Positions 10,349 to 22,190 of a DNA stretch of 64,000 nucleotides are shown here, one piece after another. The notes under the pieces are model-generated. The model saw only the letters and a list, made by a program, of their open reading frames with translations. It had not been told where the DNA came from and did no database searches. The DNA comes from Carcharhinus longimanus (lineage: Eukaryota), in NCBI GenBank assembly GCA_030264375.1, contig JASCQW010000148.1:21471262-21535261 (forward strand), given 5' to 3'. The translations under genes were made by a program, and so were the position numbers. How positions within the stretch are numbered: position 1 is the stretch's first letter; each line of letters starts with the position of its first letter.

Positions 10349-11904
10349 AGCCAAAACTTCGTTAGAATTTTCAGGACTGCAGAACAGTAAATTTCACAGA
10401 CTTTGCGAATACAGAAGTGATGAGGGTTTTTATACTGCAAGTCCTAAATGTATGAAACTTCACTCAAAGACTAAAAAGGTATTATTTGAATTGGGTAATA
10501 TCAATAGGGGAAAAACCGATGTTCCACCAAGCTTGATAATAGAAATAAGTAAGCTCTTAGTGCCCTTCCAAAGGAACACAAATCAACTAAGAAGCATTTG
10601 CAGAACTGCAGTTGAAGGGAGGGAAGAGTAAATAATACAGCAAAAGAAAGCACTTCAGCATTAGAACATAGCTTCACTTTATGCTGTTATCAATACCAAA
10701 AATGTTGCTTTGAGCTCTTGAGAACTCAGTGTAAATTTCAAAGGGAAAAGGAAATATATATCAAAGTTGAAGTTCTAAAACAACATTACCTTTAATAATT
10801 GAGTCAGTGGCTGTACTTGAAGAAAACCCACATAGGTAGCTCTTGGAATTATTCTGCCTGCTCTTATTTTTGAACCAGAAATTGCTTGGAGCTTTGACGT
10901 TCAGTCATCGGTCTGTCTCATTATAAACAGCTTGGTTTCAGTATAGTGATCACTAATCAAATGGTGACTGTTACACGTGTGCTATTTCCATGCTTGACAG
11001 AAGGTGTAGCCAAAGCTTTTCTCCCTGGAATTACACACAGCAGTCACTACAAGCCCCAGTTGGTGCAAATGAGGTTATCTCTGGGCCATCTAGTTTTCAT
11101 GCTAATTAACTGCAGTTGCAGTTTTTTTCTGATTTACAACTCCTAGTGAAAAGCACCACATCCCTATTAGAGTGCCAAATGGATCAATGCAGATTATAGA
11201 AATATAATGGCATCTCAGCAGGGACATTTAGTTCTGCACCATTCAATTAAATGGCATATATTGATTGGTTTGGCTCAACAAATGAGCGATTGTTATTGGG
11301 TGTTGAATAGTTTCAGTACATAACTGGATTGCTTGTATTATTACTGAACTATCCATTGTCTCATGGGATATGTTGACTGTGTTATTTTGTTTGTTGTTGG
11401 CATGCAACGTTATGGTATTCCCATGTAAAATAATGAGACAGTTGCCATTACCTGAAATAAAGTTGAGCAATGCAAACTATTTTGTTTGCAATGCTCAACT
11501 TTGCAGTCATTCTAAGTTGGTGTTCTAAGATTTGCAATGCCATGTTTAATGGCTCTATTTGCTATTGTGACAGCAAAGCTACTTGTTTCCTAAATTATGA
11601 GTTCCAATGCAGTTTGAAATATTGGTTATTTCATATGCAGATCATGCAAAAATGTTTTATTATGTGTGCTTAGCAATGATTGGAAATCTGGCAAAAGCAC
11701 TCAGTTTTTTTTCTGTGGGAAAGCCTGGATTGCACCAGTGGCCTCATGTGGAGCAAGTGTCACCACGTAGAGCAGCTTGAGTTCTGGGTTTTGGAGCTTG
11801 AGCAGTGACTGGGGGCATTATGGAGCTTCACAAGATTGAGTTTCATGGATAGTACATTTCTGGAGATGATCACCTCGCAGTTCAAACTTGTGTAGGCAGA
11901 GAGC

Positions 11905-12100
11905 AAAAGTTATTTATTCGTGTCACAAGTAGGCTTATGTTAACACTGCAATGAAGTTATTGTGAAAATCCCCTTGTCGCCATACCCTGGCGCCTGATCA
12001 GGTACACTTAGGGAGAATTTAGCATGGTCAGCACGCCTAACCAATACATCTCTCAGACTGTGGGAGGAAATCGGAGCACCCAAAGGAAACCTACGCTGAC
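11905..12100 (-). mobile_element. V-SINE with Rex1-like tail, 5'-truncated
   Basis: Reverse complement of the 25735-26024 family (tgtcacaagtaggcttatgttaacactgcaatgaag...gactgtgggaggaaa). Confidence 0.9.
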
Positions 12101-12104
12101 GGAT

Positions 12105-12825
12105 ATTGAAAAGCAGGATCTCAAATGTAATAATTTCTGAATTATTTCTGGTGCATTGTGCTAATGAGCTCAGAAGCAAGGAGATAAAGTAATGAATATA
12201 AGGCTGTAGAGATGATGCAGGAAGGAGGGCTTTCGGTTCCTGTAGCATTGGGACTGCTTCTCAGGGAGGTGGGATCTGTACAAGGTTGTATCTCAACAGG
12301 GCTGCAACCAATATCTTTGCAGGGGATTTTGCTGATGCTTTGGTGGAGCATTTAAACTAGCTCAGCAAAGGGAATGAGAATTTACAATTAGATTCGGAAG
12401 CGAAAGAAAGGTTGGAAATAGATGGCACATTTGTAAATATATTTGAAAGGCAGAAGAAACAAACTTTAAGAAATAGGTAATAAGTGCATTTGACAGTTCT
12501 AAATGTTACACTACAATGCAAGAAATCTGAGGAACAAGGGAAATGATCTGAGAGTATCGTTTGACGTTGAGGTATGAGATAGCTAATACTGATTCATGGC
12601 TGAAAGAAGGATAGGGATGGCAACTCAACATCCCTGGTTGCAGGGTTTTCAGATGAGATGGTGGGGGGCTTAAAAAGGGTCACAGTATTGATTAAAGAAA
12701 CAATCATAGCTATAATGAAATGGCAGAAGATGGAGTGAACTGAAGAAGATTAAAAAGAGGCAGTCACACTGCTGAGATTGAACTATTGACCTCCAAACGG
12801 CCAGAGGGAGATAGAAGAGTAGATA
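12105..12825 (+). mobile_element. CR1 LINE 5' fragment (ORF1 esterase end and ORF2 endonuclease start), degraded
   Basis: Remnants CRKEGF / HW / LYK of the SGNH-esterase ORF1, then YNAR.L.NK, TDSWL and WQLNIPG of the APE endonuclease. Confidence 0.7.
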
Positions 12826-12829
12826 TGTG

Positions 12830-13125
12830 GAAATTTTGGCCATTTCATTTGCTTGGCTATCTTTTCAAATCAAACATAGAATACCTCTGTTCTTTTCCTC
12901 AAACTTTGGGAGAATTTATAGGAATTTAAACATCTCTCCACTAGGTTCTGATCTAGAAATAAACCCATCCTCACCTTCTGGTATCTCTTCTTTAATTGTT
13001 TGCCTTTTAAGCTAAAATTCTCTGTCTCCTTTTCTTTTTCCTCCTTTAGTAGCTTCTCCATTTCCAGTTCTCTTTCTTTTAGTTTTTCTTTCCACGCTCT
13101 TGCCTTTTCCTTTTCCTGCACATTA
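12830..13125 (-). mobile_element. Gypsy (Gmr1-like) gag fragment
   Basis: Minus strand reads a charged coiled-coil, then PSGEMFKFL*ILPKFEE and, after a frameshift, EVFYV*FEKIAKQMKWPK, typical of SCAN-related Gypsy capsid N-termini. Confidence 0.7.
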
Positions 13126-13859
13126 TTTACCTGTGGCCTGGGTCCCTCTGCAATCCTGGGACTCTGGTGCCTATTCTTCCTGCAGTAACCACAGCCTCTC
13201 CAGTGGTACTGCTAAGGACTGGGGCTGCCAACCTCTGGCTGGCAGTTGTAGGTAGATGGTTGATTCCAGGGGAAGGCTTGTCGCTGGTTTTGCCACAGCC
13301 TGATTGGTGTGTGGTTCAGTAGGTTTTTCTGAAAAGGGTCTCTCATCAGCTCTCTCTAGCTGGCCCTGTTTCTGAATACACTGATGCATTAGATGAAGGG
13401 TAGAATGTGGCAACAAACATAAAACTGTGGAGATTAACAAATTTAAGACAATAGAAAGGAATAACAGTATCTTAGTGCTGGTTGTGGTGGTAGTGGAAGT
13501 GCCATGACAATTCAGATACATATCCTAATTTAATATTTTGTTCTAATAGCTTTTATCATTCTTGTGAATTAGCTCCAGCAGACTTGTGCATTCCATCTTA
13601 TTCCCCATCTTCATTCTGGCCTTTTGCAACTTGATCCATGGGGTATTGTGTTAATTGACAGTATGTAACTGTGAGTTGTTAGTATTAATTGTCACTGTAA
13701 AAAACCCCCCAGTACAGGTGTTCACATGATTCCTATTGTCTGTTTGTCTAAACAATATGTTTCTTAATAGGCTGATCCTTTGTGTTAATAGACATGGTTC
13801 CACTCACTGTGTCAGGTAAATGATTAGTGTTTTAATTTAATACCCTCACAGACTTAGGA

Positions 13860-14200
13860 TCAACTTCCATAAATGTAAATGGCACCCAGGTCTACCTTTC
13901 CACCACCTCACCTGATGCAGTGTTGTCATCTTGAATGAGTTGGTGTTTCTTAGCTGAACATAACAAGATTGAAGCTATTCTGTTTGGTCATACCAAACTT
14001 TGCATCTTTGATGTTGATTTCATCTTCCCATCACCCTTAAACCAGCTGTCTTGGCCGGCTTCCTCAGCTCCATCCTACACAAACTCCAACTCATCCCTAA
14101 TAAAGCGGTTACTGTCCTATCTCATTGAAGTACTGCATCTCCACCACATTTATCACCCAGAAAAACCATCCTCCTCATTAAGATGTCAGTTTTTGCATGA
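13860..14200 (+). mobile_element. L2 LINE RT C-terminal remnant
   Basis: atgagttggtgtttcttagctgaacataacaagattgaagctattctgtttgg resembles WM...L.LN..K.EAILFG. Confidence 0.4.
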
Positions 14201-14254
14201 AGCCATGATTTTTCCAAAATGGCAGTTAGGATGGAGCTTCTAAATATTGTAGAA

Positions 14255-15275
14255 TTTGATTTGATTTATTATTGTCACAAGTATTAGTATACAGTGAAAA
14301 GTATTATTTCTTGCATGCTACACATTCAAAGCATACTGTTCATAGAGAAGGAAAAGAGAGTGCAGAATGTAGTGTTACATTCATAGCTACGCTGCAGAGA
14401 AAGATCAACTTAATATGAGGTTGTCCATTCAAAAGTCTGATGATAGCAATGAAAAAGCTGTTCTTGAGTCGATTGGCATGTGTTCTCAGACTTTTGTACC
14501 TTATTCCTAACAGAAGAAAATGGAAGAGAGTATGTCTGGGTGTGTGAGGTCCTTGATTATGCTTGCTGCTTTTCTGAGGCAGCGGAAAGTGTAGACAGAC
14601 TCAGTGGTTGGGAGGCTGGTTTGCGTGATGAACTGGGCTTCATTCACGACCCTTTGTAGTTTTATGTAGTCTTGGTCAGAGCAGGAGCCATACCAGGCTG
14701 TGCTACAACCAGAAAGAATGCTTTCTATGGTGCATCTGTAAAAGTTGGTGAGTCTTGGTGGACATGCCAGATTTCCTTAGTCTCCTGAAAAAATAGAGGT
14801 GTTGGTGGGCTTTCTTTATTATAGCGTCAGCGTGGAGGGACCAGGTGGTTGCTGATCTAAACACCTAGAAACTTGAAGCCCTCGACCATTTCCACTTTGT
14901 CCCCATTGATATAGACAGAGGCATGTCCTCCACTACGTTTCTCGAAGTCAATGACTATCTCCTTCGTTTTTCTGACATTGAGGAAGGGATTATTGTCATC
15001 GCACAAGTTCACTAGATTCTCTATTTCTACCCTGTACTCCGTCGTCTCATCGTTGTTTGAGATCCGACCCACTACAGTGGTATCATGAGCAAACTTGAAA
15101 ATGAAGTTGGAGGGCGATTTGGCCATATGGTCATAGGTGTATAAGGAGTATAGTCAAGGACTGAGGACACAGTCTTGCGGAACTTGGTATTGAGGATGAT
15201 TGTGGAGGAGGTGTTGTTGCCTATCCTTACTGATTGCAGTCTGTGGGTTAGGAAGTCTAGGATCCAACTGCAGAT
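14255..15275 (-). mobile_element. Rex1/Babar-clade LINE, 5'-truncated
   Basis: ORF 14857-15126: [43 protein letters not shown]...FKFLGV, the Rex1 RT signature. PQDCVLSP lies upstream and the 3' tail is (aaatc)n. Confidence 0.9.
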
Positions 15276-15619
15276 CTGTGAATGTTACTCCTGAAACTGC
15301 TGGAAGAGACCATTTGCAAACCATTTCTCCAATTCTCTGATCATACAATGAAAACAGAGTTGGGCTGATTCTATTTGGCCAGAAAAAAAAAATCAGGTTG
15401 TGGAATAATATTTCTCTCCTTAAATATTGCGTCTTAGCTTTAGATTGGGTATGTTACACTGTTATAATACTGGAGAGTAGCCGAAATTGAGAGTCAGATC
15501 CCACTGGCAGATTAAAGATTGCGATCATTAGCTTTTTTTAAAGAGGTGTGTGCTTTTCACCATAACGTTCAATTTATTAATTGTGACCTGGCTTTGGAAG
15601 TGAAGGGGGGAATGTTATA

Positions 15620-18021
15620 ACGTTTTGGGACTAGATGTGGTTGTGACCTGTTCAGATGGGATGGTCTTCATCTGAATCGTGCTGGGACCAGAGTCCTGGC
15701 AAATCGTATAACTAGGGCTGTAGATAGGGCTTTAAAGTAATTAGTTGGAGGAGAGGGTGCAGGGGTATGGGGAATTACAAAATCAAAAGTAAAAGAGAGG
15801 GTATGAGTGCAGGTTAATGTTGAGGACATTCCACTAGTTAAAGGAGTAGAGTGCATGGGAGAGGTTAGTAGCGTTTCAACAAATCGGGTCCAGATAAAGG
15901 CTGGCATAAAGACACTGTACCTGAATGCACAAAGCATTCGAAACAAAGTGAATGAGTTGAATCAGCACAAATGGGTTTGATCTCGTGGCCATTACAGAAA
16001 CGTGATTGCAGGGTGACCGGGGCTGGGAACTGAATATCCAGGGGTTTCGGACATTTAGGAAGGATAGACTGGAAGAAAAAGGAGGTGGGGTAGCTCTGTT
16101 GATAAAGGATAATATCAGGGCAGTAGTGAGAGACGATATAGGCTCCAAGGAGCAAAATGTGGAATAGTTGTGTGAAGGTAAGGAATAGTAAGGGGAGAAA
16201 GTCACTTGTGGGTGTGGTCTATAGGCCCCCGAATAATAACTTTTGAGGTGGGGCAGGCTATAAACAAGCAAATAATTGACGTGGAACGGCAGTAATCATG
16301 GGGGATTTTAACCTGCATATTGATTGGTTGACTCAAGTCAGACGCAGTGGACTAGAGGAAGAGTTCTTAGAATGCTGTTAGGATAGTTTCCTTGAACAGT
16401 ATGTTACAGAACCTACGAGGGAGCGAGTTATCTTAGATCTGGTACTGTATAACGAGGCAGGTAGAATTAGGGATCTTCTTGTGAGGGATCCCCTTGGGAC
16501 GAGAGATCACAATATGGTTGAATTTCTGATACAGATGGAGGGTGAGAAAGTAGGGTCCCAAACCAGTGCTTGAACAGAGGGGAGTATGATAGGATGAGGG
16601 CGGAATTGGCTAATGTAGACTGGGGGCGCAGACTGGTTGGTAGGACGGCTGAGGAACAGTGGAGGATTTTTAGGGAGATCTTTTTCAGTACTCAGCAAAA
16701 ATATATTCCAGTGATAAAGAAGGACTGCAAGAAAAGGGATAACCAGCCGTGGATAACGAAGGAAACAAAGGAGAGTATTAAATTAAAAACCGATGCGTAC
16801 AGAGTGGCTAAAAATAGTGGGGAATTAGAAGATTGGGAAAGATTTAAAAAACAACAAAGAATGACTAAGAAAGCGATAAAGAAAGGAAAGATAGAGTATG
16901 AAACTAAACTAGCTCTAAATATAAAAAATGATAGTAAAGGGTTTTACAAATATATAAAGAAGGGGACAGTGGCTCGAGTAAACGTTGGACCCTTGGAGGA
17001 CGAGAGGGGGGATTTAACAGTGGGTAACAAAGAAATGGCTGAGACTTTAAATAAGTTTTTTGTGTCGGTCTTCACAGTGGAGGACACAAATAGCTTACCG
17101 AATATTAAAGATAGAGGGTTGGTAGGAGATGACGTCCTTAAAACAATTACTGTTACTGAAGAGTAGTGCTTGGTCGACTAATGGGACTGAAGGTAGACAA
17201 GTCCCTGGGACCAGATGGAATGCATCCCAGGTACTGAAAGAAATAGCAGAAGTAATAGAGATGTGTGAACAGTTACTTATCAAAATTCGCTGGACTCTGG
17301 GGAAGTGCCGACAGATTGGTAAACAGCTACTGGTACGCTGCTGTTTAAAAAAGGTAGCAGACAAAAGGCAGGTAACTACAGGCTGATTAGCTTAACATCC
17401 GTAGTTGGGAAAATGCTAGAATCCATCATTAAAGAAGAAATAGCAGGACACCTAGAAAAGAACAGGTCGATCAAGCAGGTGCAGCATGGATTCATGAAAA
17501 GGAAGTCGTGTTTGACGAATTTACTGGATTTTTATGAAGATGTGACTGGTGCGGTCGATAGAGGGGAACTGGTGGATGTGTCGTTTTTAGATTTCCAGAA
17601 GGCGTTCGATAAGGTGCCTCACAAAAGGTTGCTGCAGAAGGTTAGGGTACATAGAGTTGGGAGTAAAGTGTTTGCGTGGATTGAGGATTGGCTATCTAAT
17701 AGGAAGTAGAGAGTTGGAATGAATGGGTGCTTTTCTTGTTGGCAGTTGGTGACTAGTGGTGTGCCGCAGAGGCTGGGGCCTCAACTGTTTACCGTATACA
17801 TAGGCGATCTGGAGGAGTGGCCTGAGTGTAGGCTAACAAAATTTGCTGATGACATGAAGATGAGTGGGAAAGTGAATTGCGTGGAGGACACGGAAAGTCT
17901 GCAGAGAGATTTGGATCAGCTGAGTGAGTGGGCGAGGACCTGGCAGATGGAGTATAATGTTGGCAAATGTGAGGTTATCCACTTTGGAAGAAATAATAGT
18001 AGGATGGAATATTATTTAAAT
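15620..18021 (+). mobile_element. CR1 (HER1-like) LINE, long copy with inactivated ORF1 end and ORF2 (APE + RT), runs into N gap
   Basis: ORF1 end LFRWDGLHLNRAGTRVLANRI. ORF2 motifs LYLNAQSIRNK, GGGVALLIKD, VGVVYRP, MGDFN, QHGF..KSCLTNL, LDFQKAFDKV, GVPQ, KFADD, WQMEYNVGKCEVIHFG. Multiple stops and frameshifts. Confidence 0.95.
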
Positions 18022-18559
18022 NNNNNNNNNNNNNNNNNNNNNNNNNNNNNNNNNNNNNNNNNNNNNNNNNNNNNNNNNNNNNNNNNNNNNNNNNNNNNNN
18101 NNNNNNNNNNNNNNNNNNNNNNNNNNNNNNNNNNNNNNNNNNNNNNNNNNNNNNNNNNNNNNNNNNNNNNNNNNNNNNNNNNNNNNNNNNNNNNNNNNNN
18201 NNNNNNNNNNNNNNNNNNNNNNNNNNNNNNNNNNNNNNNNNNNNNNNNNNNNNNNNNNNNNNNNNNNNNNNNNNNNNNNNNNNNNNNNNNNNNNNNNNNN
18301 NNNNNNNNNNNNNNNNNNNNNNNNNNNNNNNNNNNNNNNNNNNNNNNNNNTGGAGTAACTGATTGACCTAGTTTATAAAAACTGAATTTAAGGGTATACC
18401 TTCCCACCCATGCCTCAAATATTGATACAAAGCTGATGTTATGCATCTTTAGTCAAGTGTGCTCACTCACTCACCACTTACATTGCAGGAATTCATCCCA
18501 CTGCATGAAAGTGATGTACAATTCGATATACTGAGTGTGTAGCTTATTTCGTGAGGGGT

Positions 18560-18890
18560 AGCCGAAGGCATTTCCACTGATAGGTGAAACTAGAAGGAGG
18601 GGACATGGCCTCAAAATAAAGGGGAGCAGATTTAGGACTGAGTTGAGGAGGAACTTCTTCACCCAAAGGGTTGTGAATTCCCTGCCCAGTGAAGAAGTTG
18701 AGGCTACCTCATTGAATTTTTTAAGGCAAGGATAGATAAATTTTTGAACAATAAAGGAACTAAGAGTTATGATGAGTGAGCGGGTAAATGGAGCTGAGTA
18801 CAAAAAGATCAGCTGTGATCTTATTGAATAGCGGAGCAGGCTTGAAGGGCTAGATGGCCTATTCCTGCTCTTTGTCCTTATGTTCACTCT
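18560..18890 (+). mobile_element. CR1 LINE 3' end
   Basis: GETRRRGHGLKIKGSRFRTELRRNFFTQRVV, then a 3'UTR ending ggcctattcctgctctttgtccttatgttc. Confidence 0.9.
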
Positions 18891-19452
18891 TATCCGTGAG
18901 CTGAATTTCTGGTTAAGTTGTACCAAATGAATACAGGGAAGCTAAATTCCTCTTTAGAATAAGATACATAGATACATTGTGCAAAAGAGTTAACACACTA
19001 TTGCAGTTATGTTTGGCTGGTTTACAAAATGGGTTTGACAGAAGATTGGGAGTACTGCATTATATAGGAGATCATAAGAATGTAGGATAAAGTCATGTAG
19101 AAAATATGGGAAATTTATTAAATTTGCATCCTATTTCCAGACATCCATCTTTTATATATGTAATATTAAAATTATTATACCTGCCTGTGCTTCTTGTCTG
19201 CACCATCTGACTTCCTAATGTTGCATTGTTTGTGACGTATTTTCCTCATACTGAATTCTTATAAGGTCATTTATAATGTGCCTTGCCAAAGTAAAGCTTG
19301 TGTTTACACAATCTAGCTGTTCGGTGGCTTTGTGGCCAAACTGTCAACAATATGGCAGCTATAGTTTCTGAAAATTTCCAAGTATACTTTTCTGAACTAC
19401 CTCATAGACCCTCAATGTTCAAAGCGCCCTGGCTGTACCTTTTTTTTAAACC

Positions 19453-20155
19453 TGTTATAATTCAAGTCAGAAACTCCAAAGTGTTATATGAAGTCTGCCT
19501 GTATCACAAGTTTTGCAATTTGAAATTGGCTATGATTCAAATGACCATTAAGGGATCTTTTATCGTCAAAGATTTTTTAAGAATACAGTTAACATGTATA
19601 GAAAGAAAATAAGCAATAAAATCATAAACAAAAAAACCATGATATTCTATGAACCTTAACAGCTAAATACTGTTTCAACCAAACAAATCCCGTTTAAAAA
19701 AAAAACCTTGCCACCGGTTTAGCGCAGAAAATACAAATGCTCACGTGATGCTGGAACGTAGTCCTTTGGTTAGATGCTGAAGTTCTCTTGATTCATACAC
19801 AGACAAGGTTGATGTCAGAACAGCTTCCCAAAACATCAGAGAGATAGTGTGAGAGAGAGACTTAAGGTACTGGCTAGCAAAATCACCAATAGCAGAATTT
19901 AAAAATGAATCCTTGGATTCTTCTGGGGAGGGGCCACTTGACTTGACTTGTCAATCACCCTTCCTCCTCACAATGCAGGGGGGGGTCATTAAAAATAAAT
20001 CCCAGAAAGTATCTAGACTCCCAAGTAAAAATAAAATCTCATTGAAGCAGCAAGAAAAGGACTTCTAGCTGACAGCTTAGCAACAGTGAAACCAAAAGGC
20101 CTGGTTACAACTGCAGAGAACATGATTTTTTAAAAAAAATCTCAAAGGTACAGTT
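19453..20155. mobile_element. possible solo LTR
   Basis: Begins tgttataat (TG LTR-type start) and has LTR-like composition. A related motif (ctagcaaatcacc..agc) recurs at ~21560. The right end is not defined. Confidence 0.35.
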
Positions 20156-21189
20156 TTGGTTTAGAGTCAGAAGCTGTCCTGGTTGTCAAAGTACACTAAT
20201 ATCACAAACGTAGGGTTTGTTTTTTTAATTTCTTCCCTTCAGTATATTTTGATTTGTGTGATCGCACACTTTAAGTTACTTTATATATTAATTATACTGT
20301 ACATAACTACTCTATTACAGTTTACCTGGTTTCAGAATTTCCAAGTAAACATGCCATGCTGTAGCAGCACTTTCACACTAACTGAAGTGCAACAAAATCA
20401 CCAATGCTGGAACACAATTACAATGTAACAAGTTTATATGGGCAGTATCTATTCCAAAAGTGGACACAGGAATTTATTTGTTTTGGAATTCTGAAAATAA
20501 TGGCGCTGTATTACTTTAAAGAATACACTGAAGTATGTTTATATGCCACTGTGCCAGCATTTCTCATCATCTAATACTTTTCCTCCTGAAGATTATACTT
20601 GGCCTTAATTCCACAGAAGATCAGTTGGTCATGAAATGAAAGTTGCCCATTTTTTATTGCCCGTAACCATCTGTGCTGCTGCTTTGCTTTACTTTACACT
20701 GCTTGATGTTGCTTCATTAGCTCCAGAAGCTGCAGAAACCCATTCCTATCCCTAAAGCATAAATTTGAAGGTAATTTGCTATGTTTTGACTCTGGGTTGC
20801 AGAAGAGCTTAACTGATCACCACAAATAAACTAAGCTGGTCATACATTAAGACCTAAATTTTGTTTATTTATCTCCTCGTGAACTGTTACTTCCTGGAAT
20901 CTTAGTCATGGTACACTTTAAATTTTAGTTTGCTTTGAAGTAACAGAGTTTATTTAAGGACCACAGTAAGATCCAAGGTAGCTACTTTTGTTAAATATGA
21001 AACTTCTATTTATTGGATCATTTGGTAAGCATTCCCAAAGTCCTTTTCATATCAAAAATGTTTCAATTAAACTGTTAAAATATTGGTGAAGGGTTCAGAT
21101 GTCATTTACTTACAGAAATTTTACTATTAGTATGCTACTGGAAAATTGTCTAGCTGTTGTCTTCTGTAACAAAAGTTGTGAGCAACAAT

Positions 21190-21330
21190 GTCCTGAAACA
21201 AAGAGAAGGAATAAATGGGTCTTTTCCTGAATGATAGGCAATAACTAGTGGGGTACTGCAGGGATTGGTGCTAGGACCCCCAGCTAATCACAATATGTAT
21301 GAAATAATTTAGATGAGGGAACTAAAAACA
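21190..21330 (+). mobile_element. CR1 RT fragment
   Basis: ataactagtggggtactgcagggattggtgctaggaccccagcta reads TSGVLQGLVLGPQL. Confidence 0.75.
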
Positions 21331-21504
21331 ATTCCAAAAACAAAAACGTTGCCACATGTTTAACACAGAAAATGCAAATGTTCANNNNNNNNNNNNNNNN
21401 NNNNNNNNNNNNNNNNNNNNNNNNNNNNNNNNNNNNNNNNNNNNNNNNNNNNNNNNNNNNNNNNNNNNNNNNNNNNNNNNNNNNGTCGGATACTGCAATT
21501 TTGA

Positions 21505-21535
21505 CGCACACGCACACACACACACACACACACAC
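21505..21535. repeat. (CA)n microsatellite
   Basis: acgcacacgcacacacacacacacacacac seen directly. Confidence 0.95.
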
Positions 21536-21714
21536 CATAGAGAGGGGCTCTTGGTACAAACTAGCAAATCACCGACAGCAACCTTTGTATTCCAGTAAGG
21601 CAAGAAGCCTTGTTTCCAGATAGCTAGTCAAATTTCTAATACCAGGAAGCAAGAGAGAGAAACACTGATGTCCAACCGCCTTCTAACTAAATTGGCACCT
21701 AGCAGCCAAACTGA

Positions 21715-21802
21715 AAGTGAAACAAAAACAGAAAATGCTGGAAAGTCTCAGCAGCCTGACAGCATCTGTGGGGAGAGAATAGAGCCAACGTTTCGAGTCT
21801 CT
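21715..21802 (-). mobile_element. Penelope-derived short element, one arm
   Basis: aacagaaaatgctggaaagtctcagcagcctgacagcatctgtggggagagaatagagccaacgtttcgagtc, with GACTC-GAAAC-GTT on the minus strand. Confidence 0.75.
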
Positions 21803-21819
21803 TTTGCTTTTTTATTTTT

Positions 21820-22190
21820 TCATTTATATAGAACTTTCAACATAGTCAAATGCCTCAAGCCACTTCATAAGATTGTCAGAACACAACATTTGATACCGAA
21901 CTACCTAAGGGGGTATTAGGGCACAAAGCAAAGTCAAAGAGATAGATTTTAAGGAGCATCTTAAAGGAGGAAAGAAAACTAGAGAGGCAGAAATATTTAG
22001 GAAAGGAATTCCAGAGTTATGTTCTTAGCAACTGAAGTTGTGACCCAAAAGATGGAGTGAGTAAAATGGGAGATGTGCCAAAGGATAGAATTAGAAGCTG
22101 GATTTCTCAGACTTGTAGGGTTGAAAGATGGTTGAAGCCGTGGAGATATTTGAAAATGAAAATTAGAATTTTAAACAGCAGGTACTGGTA
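21820..22190 (-). mobile_element. L2 LINE 3' fragment
   Basis: catttatatagaactttcaac tail and gtcaaagagatagattttaaggagcatcttaaagg (reverse complement FKMLLKIYLFD). Confidence 0.65.

Noticed and set aside
16570-18021. Longest ORFs (198 aa, 98 aa, 215 aa) as a host gene or active RT
   Set aside because: They are consecutive broken pieces of one CR1 ORF2, with stops and frameshifts, and the last runs into Ns.
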